From NCBI GenBank assembly GCA_965218795.1, contig OZ244653.1, positions 1,504,001 to 1,568,000 of the forward strand: 64,000 nt of DNA. The letters are read 5' to 3'. Position 1 is the stretch's first letter. Each line of letters starts with the position of its first letter. Shown piece by piece: positions 31,179 to 40,593 of this stretch. The stretch is from a bacterium (GTDB lineage: Bacteria > UBA8248 > JACPRG01 > G963555815). A program made the translations under genes and the position numbers. The notes below the pieces were generated by a model. That model was not told the DNA's origin, ran no database searches, and saw only the letters and a list, made by a program, of their open reading frames with translations.

Positions 31179-31493
31179 CGGAGAACTCCTTGACGATTCT
31201 CTCCACCACCCGCATCTTCCCTGAAACGAGCCTGGCGACAGCGCATCACGAGGAGCGGTAAGGGTACGGGATTCCGGGACGTGCAGTCGAATTTTTTCCT
31301 TTGAGACTAGCACGCATGATTGGACGCTGCCACCCGTGACACCCCCGCGATTTGTCACGCCGTTGTAACGGTGCAGTTCATTTGGCCGATAGGATGAAAT
31401 GAAAGAGAAGAAAAAAGCGAACGTTATTTCAAGCCGCGAAAACGCGCGATCCATCGGGTCGATTCCGTGTTTTGGGGTGGGTAACAGCGAAGA

Positions 31494-31613
31494 TGTCGGG
31501 TTACGCTTCGCTAACCCGACCTGCAATCTTCAGCCCGCCCGGTCCTTGGGGCAAACACCGTAGGTCGGATTAGCGGAGCGTAATCCGACGAAACCGGGCT
31601 AACCCGACCTGCA
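31494..31613. repeat. Cluster of GTAG/GCAG REP-like palindromes
   Basis: GTCGGGTTACGCTTCGCTAACCCGACCTGC, GTAGGTCGGATTAGCGGAGCGTAATCCGAC, GCTAACCCGACCTGC. Confidence 0.75.
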
Positions 31614-31728
31614 ATCTATTCGTTATCGTCGAGCGGCTTGCCACGCCATTCCAGCGGCTCGCCCGTCTTCGCGTCGAGGGCGAACACAGGAGTTCGCCCC
31701 TGCGGAGTCCTCACCCCGGTCATTCCGC

Positions 31729-31966
31729 CCCACTCCCGTCATTCCCGCGAAGCCTGCCCTCGAATGTTCCCCGCTTACTGCCTGCGGGGACAAGCTCAGT
31801 CGGGGGGCGGGAATCCATAGGCCCCCGACTGCTGCCTGTGGGGGCGACCGGTAACCCCGCGCTTAATCGGGGGCAGGAATGACCGAGAGCCCGCCCCTGC
31901 ATGGTTTCAGCAGGGGGGCACACCCATCCGAAAGTCATTCATTAAGTAGGGTGTCCCCAGAATCCG
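31729..31966 (+). repeat. CGTCATTCCCGCG..GCGGGAATCC palindromic element plus repeat family B copy 2
   Basis: CCGTCATTCCCGCGAAG...GCGGGAATCCA, followed by ~100 bp matching 29294-29392. Confidence 0.8.
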
Positions 31967-32304
31967 GAAGACTGACTAACAATAACCAGACACGACTATA
32001 CATATGTATGTTACACATACGGAAAACACGTATATGTTTATAACATATTGATTTTATTGTCATAATATTTTTATATCTTGGTGATAAATAATACCTCTGT
32101 CTCAAGCAATGAGACTCGTTGCAAATCCGAAGCGGGGGTTTGGCCTCAAATTTCAAATGACCTGGCGGCACGATAGCTGCCGATGGGTCTTGCAGGGCCG
32201 ATTGACAGGTCCGTCTCGCACCGCTATACTTCAATCAGCATAGCGGTGCGAGGGTTGAGAGCGCCTCAGGAGGGCGAATCCTCCAATCCGCTTTGAAATC
32301 TTGA

Positions 32305-32628
<324 letters not shown>

Positions 32629-32643
32629 TTCGCCCCAAACGCG

Positions 32644-32680
32644 AAAAGCCTCCCGCCCTTTTGGATGGGAGGCTTTTTTG
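32644..32680 (+). terminator. Intrinsic terminator
   Basis: AAAAGCCTCCC...GGGAGGCTTTTTT just after ferredoxin stop. Confidence 0.85.
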
Positions 32681-33167
32681 TACCGAGAGACAAATCCGCA
32701 GACGCCGGCGAGGCGCGCCGAACGCGGGAAGGGGGCTCCGCGGGTTTCACGAATTCGGGAATCGGACGAAGGAAAAACGGGCGATGGGTGCATCGTCACC
32801 CTACAGGCCGCGCGAAAGGACATCGTCCCAAGCGCGGCGAAATCGAGGCGGCGCGCTGCCGCCTGTTTGTGACCTCGGGTAGGGTCGATGCGGAAATCGC
32901 GGCGGGGCCAGCCCCGCTCGCCCGAGGGCTTCGGCTCGGATTCGGGACTGCAACCGGGATTCCACCTGCTCCCGAAGGCAAGGGATTTCAACCATTCCGC
33001 TTGACGGTCGTGATCGCTCTGATACAATAAAATTGATTTTTTTACAGATGAATCTCTGTAGCTCCCTCTCCAAAACTACCCTTGCGCTCGGTTCTGTACG
33101 GGGGAAGGGTGGACTCTTAGCCGGGAGAGGACGTTCAAACTCCACCACTTGATTCGGAGGGTTTTCC

Positions 33168-34202
33168 ATGAAGAAGCTGTCCATACTCACCTTTTTGTTG
33201 GCCGGCATCATGGCCTTGTCGGCATGGGCCGAGGCCAGAGACATCAAGATGGCCTACATTCCCTGCGGCCGGGTGAACGACAAGTCCTGGAGCGAGGCGG
33301 GCTACATCGGGGCCAAGCAGGGGAAGGCATACTTCGAGTCCAAGGGGCACAAGGTCAAGCTGGACTACACCGAGAGCGTCCCGGTGGCCAAGGTCGAGGC
33401 GGCGGCCCGCGATTACGCCTCCCGCGGCTACAGCCCCATCATCCTTCACTGCGGCACCTTCGTCGAAGCCACCCTGCGCGCGGCCAAGGACCATCCCAAC
33501 ACCTGGTTCCTCCAGGCCGCGGCGACCAAGTCGGCCAAGAACGTGGCCGTCTACGATCCGGCTCAGAATGAAGGCCCGTTCGTGGCGGGATACCTGGCCG
33601 GACTGATGAGCAAGACCGGACGCGTCGGAGCCATCGGCGGGTTCAACTGGCCCATCCTGGCCCGCCAGGTCGAAGGGTTCCGCTTCGGCGCGCGGTACGC
33701 CAACCCCAACATCAAGGCGTTCCATACCTACATCAACAGCTGGGAGGACGCCGCCAAGGCCAAGGAGGCCGCCTTGGCACAGATCGACAGCGGCGCGGAC
33801 GTCATCTTCGCGGCTACGGACCAGGCCGCGCGGGGGGCCTTCAGCGCCGCCAAGGCCCGCAAGGTCTACGCCATCGCCAGCTATGCCCCCCAGCACTCCC
33901 TGGCGCCCGACACGATCCTCACCAGCGTCCTGTACGACCTGCCGCTGTTGATCAAGAAGATGGTCATCAAAATGGACGACGGCAGTCTGAAGGGCGTCGT
34001 CTATTCGATGGGAATGTCCGAGGGGATCGGAACCTTCGCCCGGAACCCCAAGATGGACAAGGTGATACCGGCTGATGTCAGGGCAAAAGTGAAAAAGCTC
34101 GAGGAAGCCGTCAAGAGCGGCAAGCTCAAGATCCCCGAATACGGCAAGCCCGGTGAATCCGACAAGCACGACCCCCGCAAGGTCGTCGGAGGGATGATGT
34201 AG
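33168..34202 (+). CDS. BMP-family (nucleoside/purine-type) ABC substrate-binding protein
   Basis: Signal peptide, DKSWSEAG, AGYLAGLMSKTG, GADVIF. Confidence 0.88.
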   Translation: MKKLSILTFLLAGIMALSAWAEARDIKMAYIPCGRVNDKSWSEAGYIGAKQGKAYFESKGHKVKLDYTESVPVAKVEAAARDYASRGYSPIILHCGTFVEATLRAAKDHPNTWFLQAAATKSAKNVAVYDPAQNEGPFVAGYLAGLMSKTGRVGAIGGFNWPILARQVEGFRFGARYANPNIKAFHTYINSWEDAAKAKEAALAQIDSGADVIFAATDQAARGAFSAAKARKVYAIASYAPQHSLAPDTILTSVLYDLPLLIKKMVIKMDDGSLKGVVYSMGMSEGIGTFARNPKMDKVIPADVRAKVKKLEEAVKSGKLKIPEYGKPGESDKHDPRKVVGGMM

Positions 34203-34408
34203 CCGCGACCCGACGGATCTGGATCTCAGCAGGAGGCAGGCCGAAGAAGATTCACCGGATGTTCGGCGTCTTCAACGCCGGGGTTGGGCATCATGGGCGA
34301 TACCTTCGGCCCGGCCAACCCCGGCCTGCTTCTCTCCGTTCGACTCATCCTCCCTCTTCTGATCATTTCTTCAGAAGGGCTCAGTGAACGACCTTTGGAG
34401 GTGGAAAA

Positions 34409-35743
34409 TTGGCCAAGCGGGTTCGCAAATCCGTCGTACCCAAGGGACTGCCGATGCCCAAAATGAAATACTCCCCGGGCATTCATGCCGGACCTTGGCT
34501 GTTTCCGTCCGGGCAATTCGCCTCGGATTTCTCGGCCAACGGCGTGGCCCCGGAGGCGACGCGGGACCCGCAAAGCCCGGATCTCCAGCCCAGCGAGCTC
34601 CGGCTCCAAAGCCGTTACATCTGGAAGAACCTGAAGCGGGTCCTGGACGCTGGAGACTCCTCGCTGGATCACGTCGTGCGGATGGACCACTTTTTCGTCC
34701 ACCGGGACTTCGAGGACGCGGTCATCCCATCCATCGACGAGTACCTCCTCGTCCGCGACGAGTTCTTCCCGGACCCGGACACCCGTCCCACCGCGAACTC
34801 CATGAGTTGCAGCAATCTGTTGTGCAAGCCCGGAATCCTCGAGATTGACTTCGTGGCCGTGACGAAGAAGAGCAAGTGGGTCAAGGAGACCATCCAGTCC
34901 AGCCGGGTGGCGGGCCCGCCCGAGGGCCACAGCCACGCCGTTCGCGTGGGGCCCTACGTCTTCTGCTCCTCGGCCCTCGCCAGTGATTTGGTGCACGGCG
35001 TCGATCCGGCGACCGCGGCCAGCAAGAACATATGGTGCGGGAACGATCTGGAGAACCAGACGCGCTCGATCCTCGACCAACTGGCTCTCATCCTCGAAGA
35101 TGCGGGGTCGGCTCTGGATCTGACCGCCAAGGCCCAGGTGTACCTGACGCCGGAAGGCATGAACGACGTCTACCGCTTTGATGAGGTGTGGCGGGAGCAC
35201 TTCCCCAAGAATCCTCCGGCCCGGACCCTCATCCCGGTCGACAGCCTCGGAGTCAAGGGTTGCGCGGTCGCGATCAGCCTCGTCGCCGTCACCGCGGACA
35301 GCGGCATCAAGCTGGAGACGGTGAACGCGCGGGGGGTTCCCAAATGGCCCCTGCATGAACCCCACGCCATGAAGGCGGGGAATCTCGTCTTTCTGTCCAG
35401 CACCCTCGCCACGGACAACAAAGGGTGCTTCCCCAGCGAGCTCAGGCTCAACCCGAACTGGCCCTGGTACGAGAAATACGAAAAACCCATCATCCAACAG
35501 ATGGAGTACATCCTGGGCAATGCCGAGAAGGTCATCCAGGCCGGCGGCGGCTCAGGCCACGACAACGTCGTCCGCCGCCAGTGCTTTCATACCGACTATG
35601 ACGAATTCATCCTGACCTGGGAGGTCTGGAGGTCCAAGTATCCCCACGCCCCCCCGGCCAGCACGACGATTGAGGAAGCCAACTGCCCCCTGCCCGTTTC
35701 CGGGGCCACCATGATGCTCGACCTTTGGGCGTACGTTCCCTAG
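34409..35743 (+). CDS. Rid (RidA/YjgF)-family protein with three tandem domains
   Basis: Three repeats of G.[WYL][LV]F.S ... Q....L..L...G ... P[AT]; TTG start after GGAGG. Confidence 0.8.
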   Translation: MAKRVRKSVVPKGLPMPKMKYSPGIHAGPWLFPSGQFASDFSANGVAPEATRDPQSPDLQPSELRLQSRYIWKNLKRVLDAGDSSLDHVVRMDHFFVHRDFEDAVIPSIDEYLLVRDEFFPDPDTRPTANSMSCSNLLCKPGILEIDFVAVTKKSKWVKETIQSSRVAGPPEGHSHAVRVGPYVFCSSALASDLVHGVDPATAASKNIWCGNDLENQTRSILDQLALILEDAGSALDLTAKAQVYLTPEGMNDVYRFDEVWREHFPKNPPARTLIPVDSLGVKGCAVAISLVAVTADSGIKLETVNARGVPKWPLHEPHAMKAGNLVFLSSTLATDNKGCFPSELRLNPNWPWYEKYEKPIIQQMEYILGNAEKVIQAGGGSGHDNVVRRQCFHTDYDEFILTWEVWRSKYPHAPPASTTIEEANCPLPVSGATMMLDLWAYVP

Positions 35744-35796
35744 AACTTTGACCGGTCAGGGATGAATGCCCGGTAGAGGGCGGGGGCCCTGCGCGC

Positions 35797-36420
35797 ATGA
35801 ACCGCACGGATGCCGGAAGAAAAATCGTGTTCGAACATCGCCTCCCCGCGCGGACGGGGACCGCCCTCGAGGTTCGCAAGGGCCAGGTCTTCCGGGTGAT
35901 CGACGTCGAGGGCCAGCAGGTGGGGGACTTCGTCTGCTTCAGGCTGGATGACCCTATGCAATATTTCTCTCAGTCCCAGACGCGGAAGATCAACCGCTCC
36001 ATCCTGCTCTCCACCGGCGGCAGGCTCTGCTCCAACCTCTGCGACACGATGTTCACCATCGGAGAGGACAAGGTCGGCCGGCACGACATCCTCTACTCGC
36101 CCTGCGGCCCCCACGATTACCGGATTCTCTACGATGCCCCCGATCACCCTAGCTGCCGGGAAAACCTGAATCAGGCCCTGGCCCATTACGGGATTCAGCC
36201 GCACCAGCTGCCGCCGGTCTTCAACATCTTCATGAACACCTCCATCGGGTCCGACGGCGAGTTGATCTGCCTTGAGCCGACTTCCAAGCCGGGCGATTAC
36301 GTCGATCTGCATGCCGAGACAGACTGTCTGGTCGCAATCTCCGCCTGCCCCCAGGACCTGACGCCGTGCAACGCGGGCCGACCGACCGACTTGATATTGG
36401 AGGTATGGGAGCCCGAATGA
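35797..36420 (+). CDS. DUF1989 (urea carboxylase-associated/CgdAB-like) protein
   Basis: IDVEGQQVGDF, GRHDILYSPC, SCRENL, FNIFMN, ISACPQ. Confidence 0.88.
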   Translation: MNRTDAGRKIVFEHRLPARTGTALEVRKGQVFRVIDVEGQQVGDFVCFRLDDPMQYFSQSQTRKINRSILLSTGGRLCSNLCDTMFTIGEDKVGRHDILYSPCGPHDYRILYDAPDHPSCRENLNQALAHYGIQPHQLPPVFNIFMNTSIGSDGELICLEPTSKPGDYVDLHAETDCLVAISACPQDLTPCNAGRPTDLILEVWEPE

Positions 36421-36476
36421 GTTGCAGGTCTTAGGGGGCCGACCCCCTCACCAATGGATCTTGAAGGAGGAAACCC

Positions 36477-36638
36477 GTGTCGAAACCCAAGAAGGTCACA
36501 ATTCAGGTCAACGGTCAGCAATACAAACTGATCAAAGAATTGCGGGAAAAAGGGGAGTACGGCAAAACCGACGGAGAAGTCGTGCGCGCGGCCTTCAACG
36601 AATGGGGCAAGAAGAAGCGGCTGGCCCGCCCCTCGTAA
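36477..36638 (+). CDS. 53-aa ribbon-helix-helix-like protein (absent from ORF track)
   Basis: RBS AAGGAGG, GTG start; MSKPKKVTIQVNGQQYKLIKELREKGEYGKTDGEVVRAAFNEWGKKKRLARPS. Confidence 0.7.
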   Translation: MSKPKKVTIQVNGQQYKLIKELREKGEYGKTDGEVVRAAFNEWGKKKRLARPS

Positions 36639-36729
36639 GATCGGCGGAGCCGGAGCCTCCGCCCGTCCCCTCCATCGGCCGAAGAACCCAAGCTCTCCGC
36701 TCTCTATCCCAACGGAAAGGTCATCAGTC

Positions 36730-37674
36730 ATGAGTGAACGCAAGCTGGTAGACGAGTACACAATGGATCCGACCACGGGACGCGGAGTGCCCGTCAAGCG
36801 CGGTCAGGTCCTACGCATCGAGCAGGTCGGGAAAGGCCAGTGTCTCGACTTCAACGCCTACAACCTCAACGACTACAAGGAACAGTTCCATTGCGGCCGG
36901 ACCCGTCACATGCACGGCCTGAACCCCACCAAGGGCGACCATTTGTGGTCCGCCCCACCGCGCGACCGGATCATGTTTTCCATCATCGAGGACACCGTGG
37001 GCACCAATGACGTGAACTATCCCCGGTGCAGTGCCTTTCTCTACGAGTACCAGTTCGGATACGACGGCTACCCCGCCCACAGCAACTGTCACGACATCTT
37101 CGCCGAGACCATCCGGGAATGGGGCCTGACGCCGGACGACGTTCACGATTCCTTCAACGGGTGGATGCACACCGGCGTGCGGGATAACGGTCAATTGTTC
37201 ATCGATCGGATGCTGGCCCGGGAAGGGGACTACATCGAGCTCCTGTCGCAGATCGACAACCTCGCGGTGCCCATCTGCTGCGGGGCGGACGTGTTCGCGA
37301 CGAGCAACTACGAGCTGAAGGGCCTGAAGGTCCAAATCTTCGACGGCAGCGACGAGGACCAAGAGAAACTGGTCGATCAGAATTACGATCACCAGCGGGC
37401 CGTCGATCAATTTACCGTACAAAAGATCAAAGCGGAGCGTGAGTTGAGCGTCGCCCCGGATTACGTGGCCCAGTGGCCCTGGCTGGAAGCAGTCAAGGAG
37501 CGGATCCCCGTGGAGGTCGAGCTGGACGCGCGGGAGGCTCGGCTGCTCGAGGAACTGAAAGGCGATCCTGATTTCTTCGATTTTTCCGATGAAGAGATTG
37601 TGCGTTTTTGCTTCTACCGGTGGTGGGCGGAGAAGTACATGAGGGGACCGAAGCAGCTCAAAACCCTGGGCTGA
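36730..37674 (+). CDS. DUF1989 protein with C-terminal extension ending in an RHH-like segment
   Basis: GQCLDFNAYN, PRC, NCHDIF, DVHDSFN, GDYIELL; tail IPVEVELDAREARLLEELK..SDEEIVRFCFYRWW. Confidence 0.8.
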   Translation: MSERKLVDEYTMDPTTGRGVPVKRGQVLRIEQVGKGQCLDFNAYNLNDYKEQFHCGRTRHMHGLNPTKGDHLWSAPPRDRIMFSIIEDTVGTNDVNYPRCSAFLYEYQFGYDGYPAHSNCHDIFAETIREWGLTPDDVHDSFNGWMHTGVRDNGQLFIDRMLAREGDYIELLSQIDNLAVPICCGADVFATSNYELKGLKVQIFDGSDEDQEKLVDQNYDHQRAVDQFTVQKIKAERELSVAPDYVAQWPWLEAVKERIPVEVELDAREARLLEELKGDPDFFDFSDEEIVRFCFYRWWAEKYMRGPKQLKTLG

Positions 37675-37984
37675 GCCGGTTGACCGCGTCCCCGGAGAGC
37701 GTGCCGGGCGTCCCGGAGGGCGGTCTCATTTTGGGAAATCCACAACATCGAGCAGGGGCTGCCCGTCCCTGCTCGATGTTCGTCGGACCGCTTGCCGGGG
37801 GCAGGCACGGCCTGCACGGACATTTGCCGCGCACATGAGCTTTCGATATTCGATGCACCCGTCAAGCCCGGCGGCGACGCCTCCAAAATGCCCCCTACTC
37901 GAACCTCCAAAAACCGGGGAACACGGAGCCCCCGGCGGCTCATGACCGGCCCGGAATCACCGGGCGGGAGGGAATCCGAAACCC

Positions 37985-38692
37985 ATGAGCGAAGCGCGCT
38001 CCCAATTTCAGCGGGGCCTCAAAGACATCCTGCCCGTTGTCATCGGGCTTACAGTCATTGGGTTTTTCTTTGGCGTATCGGCGCGGACGGCCGGTCTCAG
38101 TTGGGCGGAGACGGGCTTGATGTCCGCCCTGGTCTACGCGGGACCCTCTCAATTCGTTGCCATCGGCCTCCTCCAGCAGGGATCGACCTATTCGTCGATC
38201 GTGTTGACCACCTTCATCGTCAATCTCCGGTACGTTCTGTACGCCTCCTCGCTGGGGCAACATTTCAAGGACAAGTCGCCCGGCTGGCTTTCCCTGATTG
38301 GTTTCGGGCTGGTGGATGCGGCCTACGCGGTCTCCATCGCAGAGTGCGTCCGGAATCCGGACCGCCCGCGGAAAGACATGTACTACCTCGGGACATCCGC
38401 CTTGATTTACTTCACCTGGATTCCGGCGAGCATCGTGGGGGGGATTGTGATCACCGCACTCCCGGGGATCCGGAACCTGGGTCTCGAATTCATCAATCCG
38501 GCCGTGTACATCGCCCTCTTGATCTCTCTTATGAAGAACTGGATCGAAGTCATGACGGCCATCCTTGCAATCCCCGTGTTGATCTTGATCTCATCGCTTC
38601 TTCCGCACGTTCACGCCGTTCTTGTCACAATGATTCTGGTCATTCTCGCAGGAGGGTCTATCAGGTGGTTGCGCCAGCCGTCTTCGGACTGA
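37985..38692 (+). CDS. azlC: AzlC-family exporter subunit
   Basis: MSALVYAGPSQF, VNLRYVLYASSL. Confidence 0.88.
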   Translation: MSEARSQFQRGLKDILPVVIGLTVIGFFFGVSARTAGLSWAETGLMSALVYAGPSQFVAIGLLQQGSTYSSIVLTTFIVNLRYVLYASSLGQHFKDKSPGWLSLIGFGLVDAAYAVSIAECVRNPDRPRKDMYYLGTSALIYFTWIPASIVGGIVITALPGIRNLGLEFINPAVYIALLISLMKNWIEVMTAILAIPVLILISSLLPHVHAVLVTMILVILAGGSIRWLRQPSSD

Positions 38693-38991
38693 TCCTCGGT
38701 ATGGCGGTGGTCACGCACCTGACCCGGGGACCCGTTTTGGCCCTGGCCGGCCGCCTTCGTCTTCCGGCCTACCTCCGTCATTGCCTGGAGGTTGCGCCCA
38801 GTGCCGCCATGGCCACGCTGACCGTATCGTTCGTCGTCTACCCCGGGGGAGATTTTGCCGGCGTCGGGTCCAACCCTGCCGTGTACGCGGCCTTGGTGAC
38901 GCTCGGCGCGGCCTATTACCTGCGGAGCATCGTTTGGGTGGCCCCCGTGGGCGTGCTGGCACTCAATCTTTTCCGGTGGCTTCTCGGTTGA
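38665..38991 (+). CDS. azlD: AzlD-family exporter subunit
   Basis: ILGMAVVTHLTR.P, small hydrophobic ORF overlapping azlC. Confidence 0.75.
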   Translation: MVAPAVFGLILGMAVVTHLTRGPVLALAGRLRLPAYLRHCLEVAPSAAMATLTVSFVVYPGGDFAGVGSNPAVYAALVTLGAAYYLRSIVWVAPVGVLALNLFRWLLG

Positions 38992-39057
38992 GAGGTTCTC
39001 GACGGCCCCGCCGCGGTTGGATGTGGGGTAGAATACCGCTCCGGCGGATTTGAAAGG

Positions 39058-40593
39058 ATGTCGATGAAGCCCGTCCTGCGGATGGAAGGCATCACCAAAG
39101 CGTATCCCGGCGTCGTCGCCAATGATACGGTTTCGCTCGAGTTGAACCAGGGAGAAATCCTGGCGCTTCTCGGTGAGAACGGAGCGGGAAAAAGCACCCT
39201 GATGAAGATCCTCTACGGGTTGGAGATCCCCGACGGAGGACGGATCGATCTTCGCGGCGAAAGCCTTCATCTGGAATCCCCGAAGGACGCGATCCGCGCG
39301 GGGATCGGGATGGTCCATCAGCATTTCATGCTGGTTCCCACCCTGACGGTAGTGGAAAACATTGCGCTGGGCCTCTCCTCGGGTCGGGAGCCCTTCACCA
39401 ATCTCAAAGCGGCGGAGGAGCGGATCCGCGAGATTTCATCTCAGTACCGGCTGGATGTCGAGCCTCGCTCGAAGGTCTGGCAGTTGTCCGTCGGCGAGCA
39501 GCAACGGGTCGAGATCATCAAGGCCATCTACCGCGGGACGGATATCCTGATTCTCGACGAGCCCACGGCGGTGCTGACCCCCCAGGAGGTCGCCAAGCTG
39601 TTCACCACTCTCCGCGCCCTGACCGACGAGGGCCACTCAGTGATCTTCATCTCCCACAAACTGGATGAGGTGATGGAGATCAGCCGGCGCGTCATGGTCA
39701 TGCGTCTGGGCAAGGCGGTGGGCACGGTGGCGGCGGCGGACACGAACGCCGAGGAGCTCGTCCGGATGATGGTCGGACGGGACGTCATGTTCCGTCTGGA
39801 TAAGAAGGAAAAGGTCCAGGGCGACATCATCCTGGAGGTGAAGGACCTGGAAGTGTCGGACGATCGGAACCTCCCCGCCGTCCGGGGAGTCGGGTTCCGG
39901 GTCCATGAAGGGGAGATCTACGGGATTGCCGGCGTGGACGGAAACGGGCAGCGGGAGCTCGTGGAGGCAATCACGGGCTTGAGGCGGGTCCAGGGCGGAA
40001 CCGTTTCCCTGATGGGCCGGGACGTCACCGGCGACTCTCCGAAACGTCTGCTCAAGATGGGTCTCGGCCACATCCCGGAAGACCGCCACAAAAGCGGCCT
40101 GATCCTGAGGTTCACCCTCGAGGAAAACGCCGTTCTCATCAACCATCACTTCCTGCCCTTTTCGCGCAACGGCATCCTCCAGCGGCAGGAGATCCGGAAT
40201 TTCATCGACGACGTGATTCAGACCTTCGACGTTCGCACCAGCGGGCGCGAGTTGCCCGCGAGCTCGCTTTCGGGGGGAAACCAGCAAAAGCTCGTCCTCG
40301 GTCGGGAGATATCGAGAAAGCCGAAGCTGATGGTGGCCGCCCAGCCCACGCGCGGACTGGACGTCGGGGCCATTGAATTCGTTCACAGCCAATTGTTGCG
40401 CCAGCGCGACGAGGGCGTCGCGATCCTTCTGATATCCGTCGAGCTGGAGGAGCTCTTCGCCCTGAGCGACACGATGGCCGTCATCTACAAAGGGGAATTC
40501 ATGGGGGAAACCCCCGCCGACCGGGTCTCCGTCGAAGAGGTGGGTTTCATGATGGCCGGCAAGCGAAGCGCTCTGGAGGCGAACGCGTCTTGA
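39058..40593 (+). CDS. Dual-domain ABC ATPase (nucleoside/CUT2 type)
   Basis: GENGAGKST, VHQHFMLV, LSGGNQQK, QPTRGLDVGA. Confidence 0.92.
   Translation: MSMKPVLRMEGITKAYPGVVANDTVSLELNQGEILALLGENGAGKSTLMKILYGLEIPDGGRIDLRGESLHLESPKDAIRAGIGMVHQHFMLVPTLTVVENIALGLSSGREPFTNLKAAEERIREISSQYRLDVEPRSKVWQLSVGEQQRVEIIKAIYRGTDILILDEPTAVLTPQEVAKLFTTLRALTDEGHSVIFISHKLDEVMEISRRVMVMRLGKAVGTVAAADTNAEELVRMMVGRDVMFRLDKKEKVQGDIILEVKDLEVSDDRNLPAVRGVGFRVHEGEIYGIAGVDGNGQRELVEAITGLRRVQGGTVSLMGRDVTGDSPKRLLKMGLGHIPEDRHKSGLILRFTLEENAVLINHHFLPFSRNGILQRQEIRNFIDDVIQTFDVRTSGRELPASSLSGGNQQKLVLGREISRKPKLMVAAQPTRGLDVGAIEFVHSQLLRQRDEGVAILLISVELEELFALSDTMAVIYKGEFMGETPADRVSVEEVGFMMAGKRSALEANAS

Noticed and set aside
32700-32730. 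Partial resemblance to guanidine-III riboswitch upstream of the DUF1989 cluster
   Set aside because: 3' half of the motif absent and ~440 bp from the start codon
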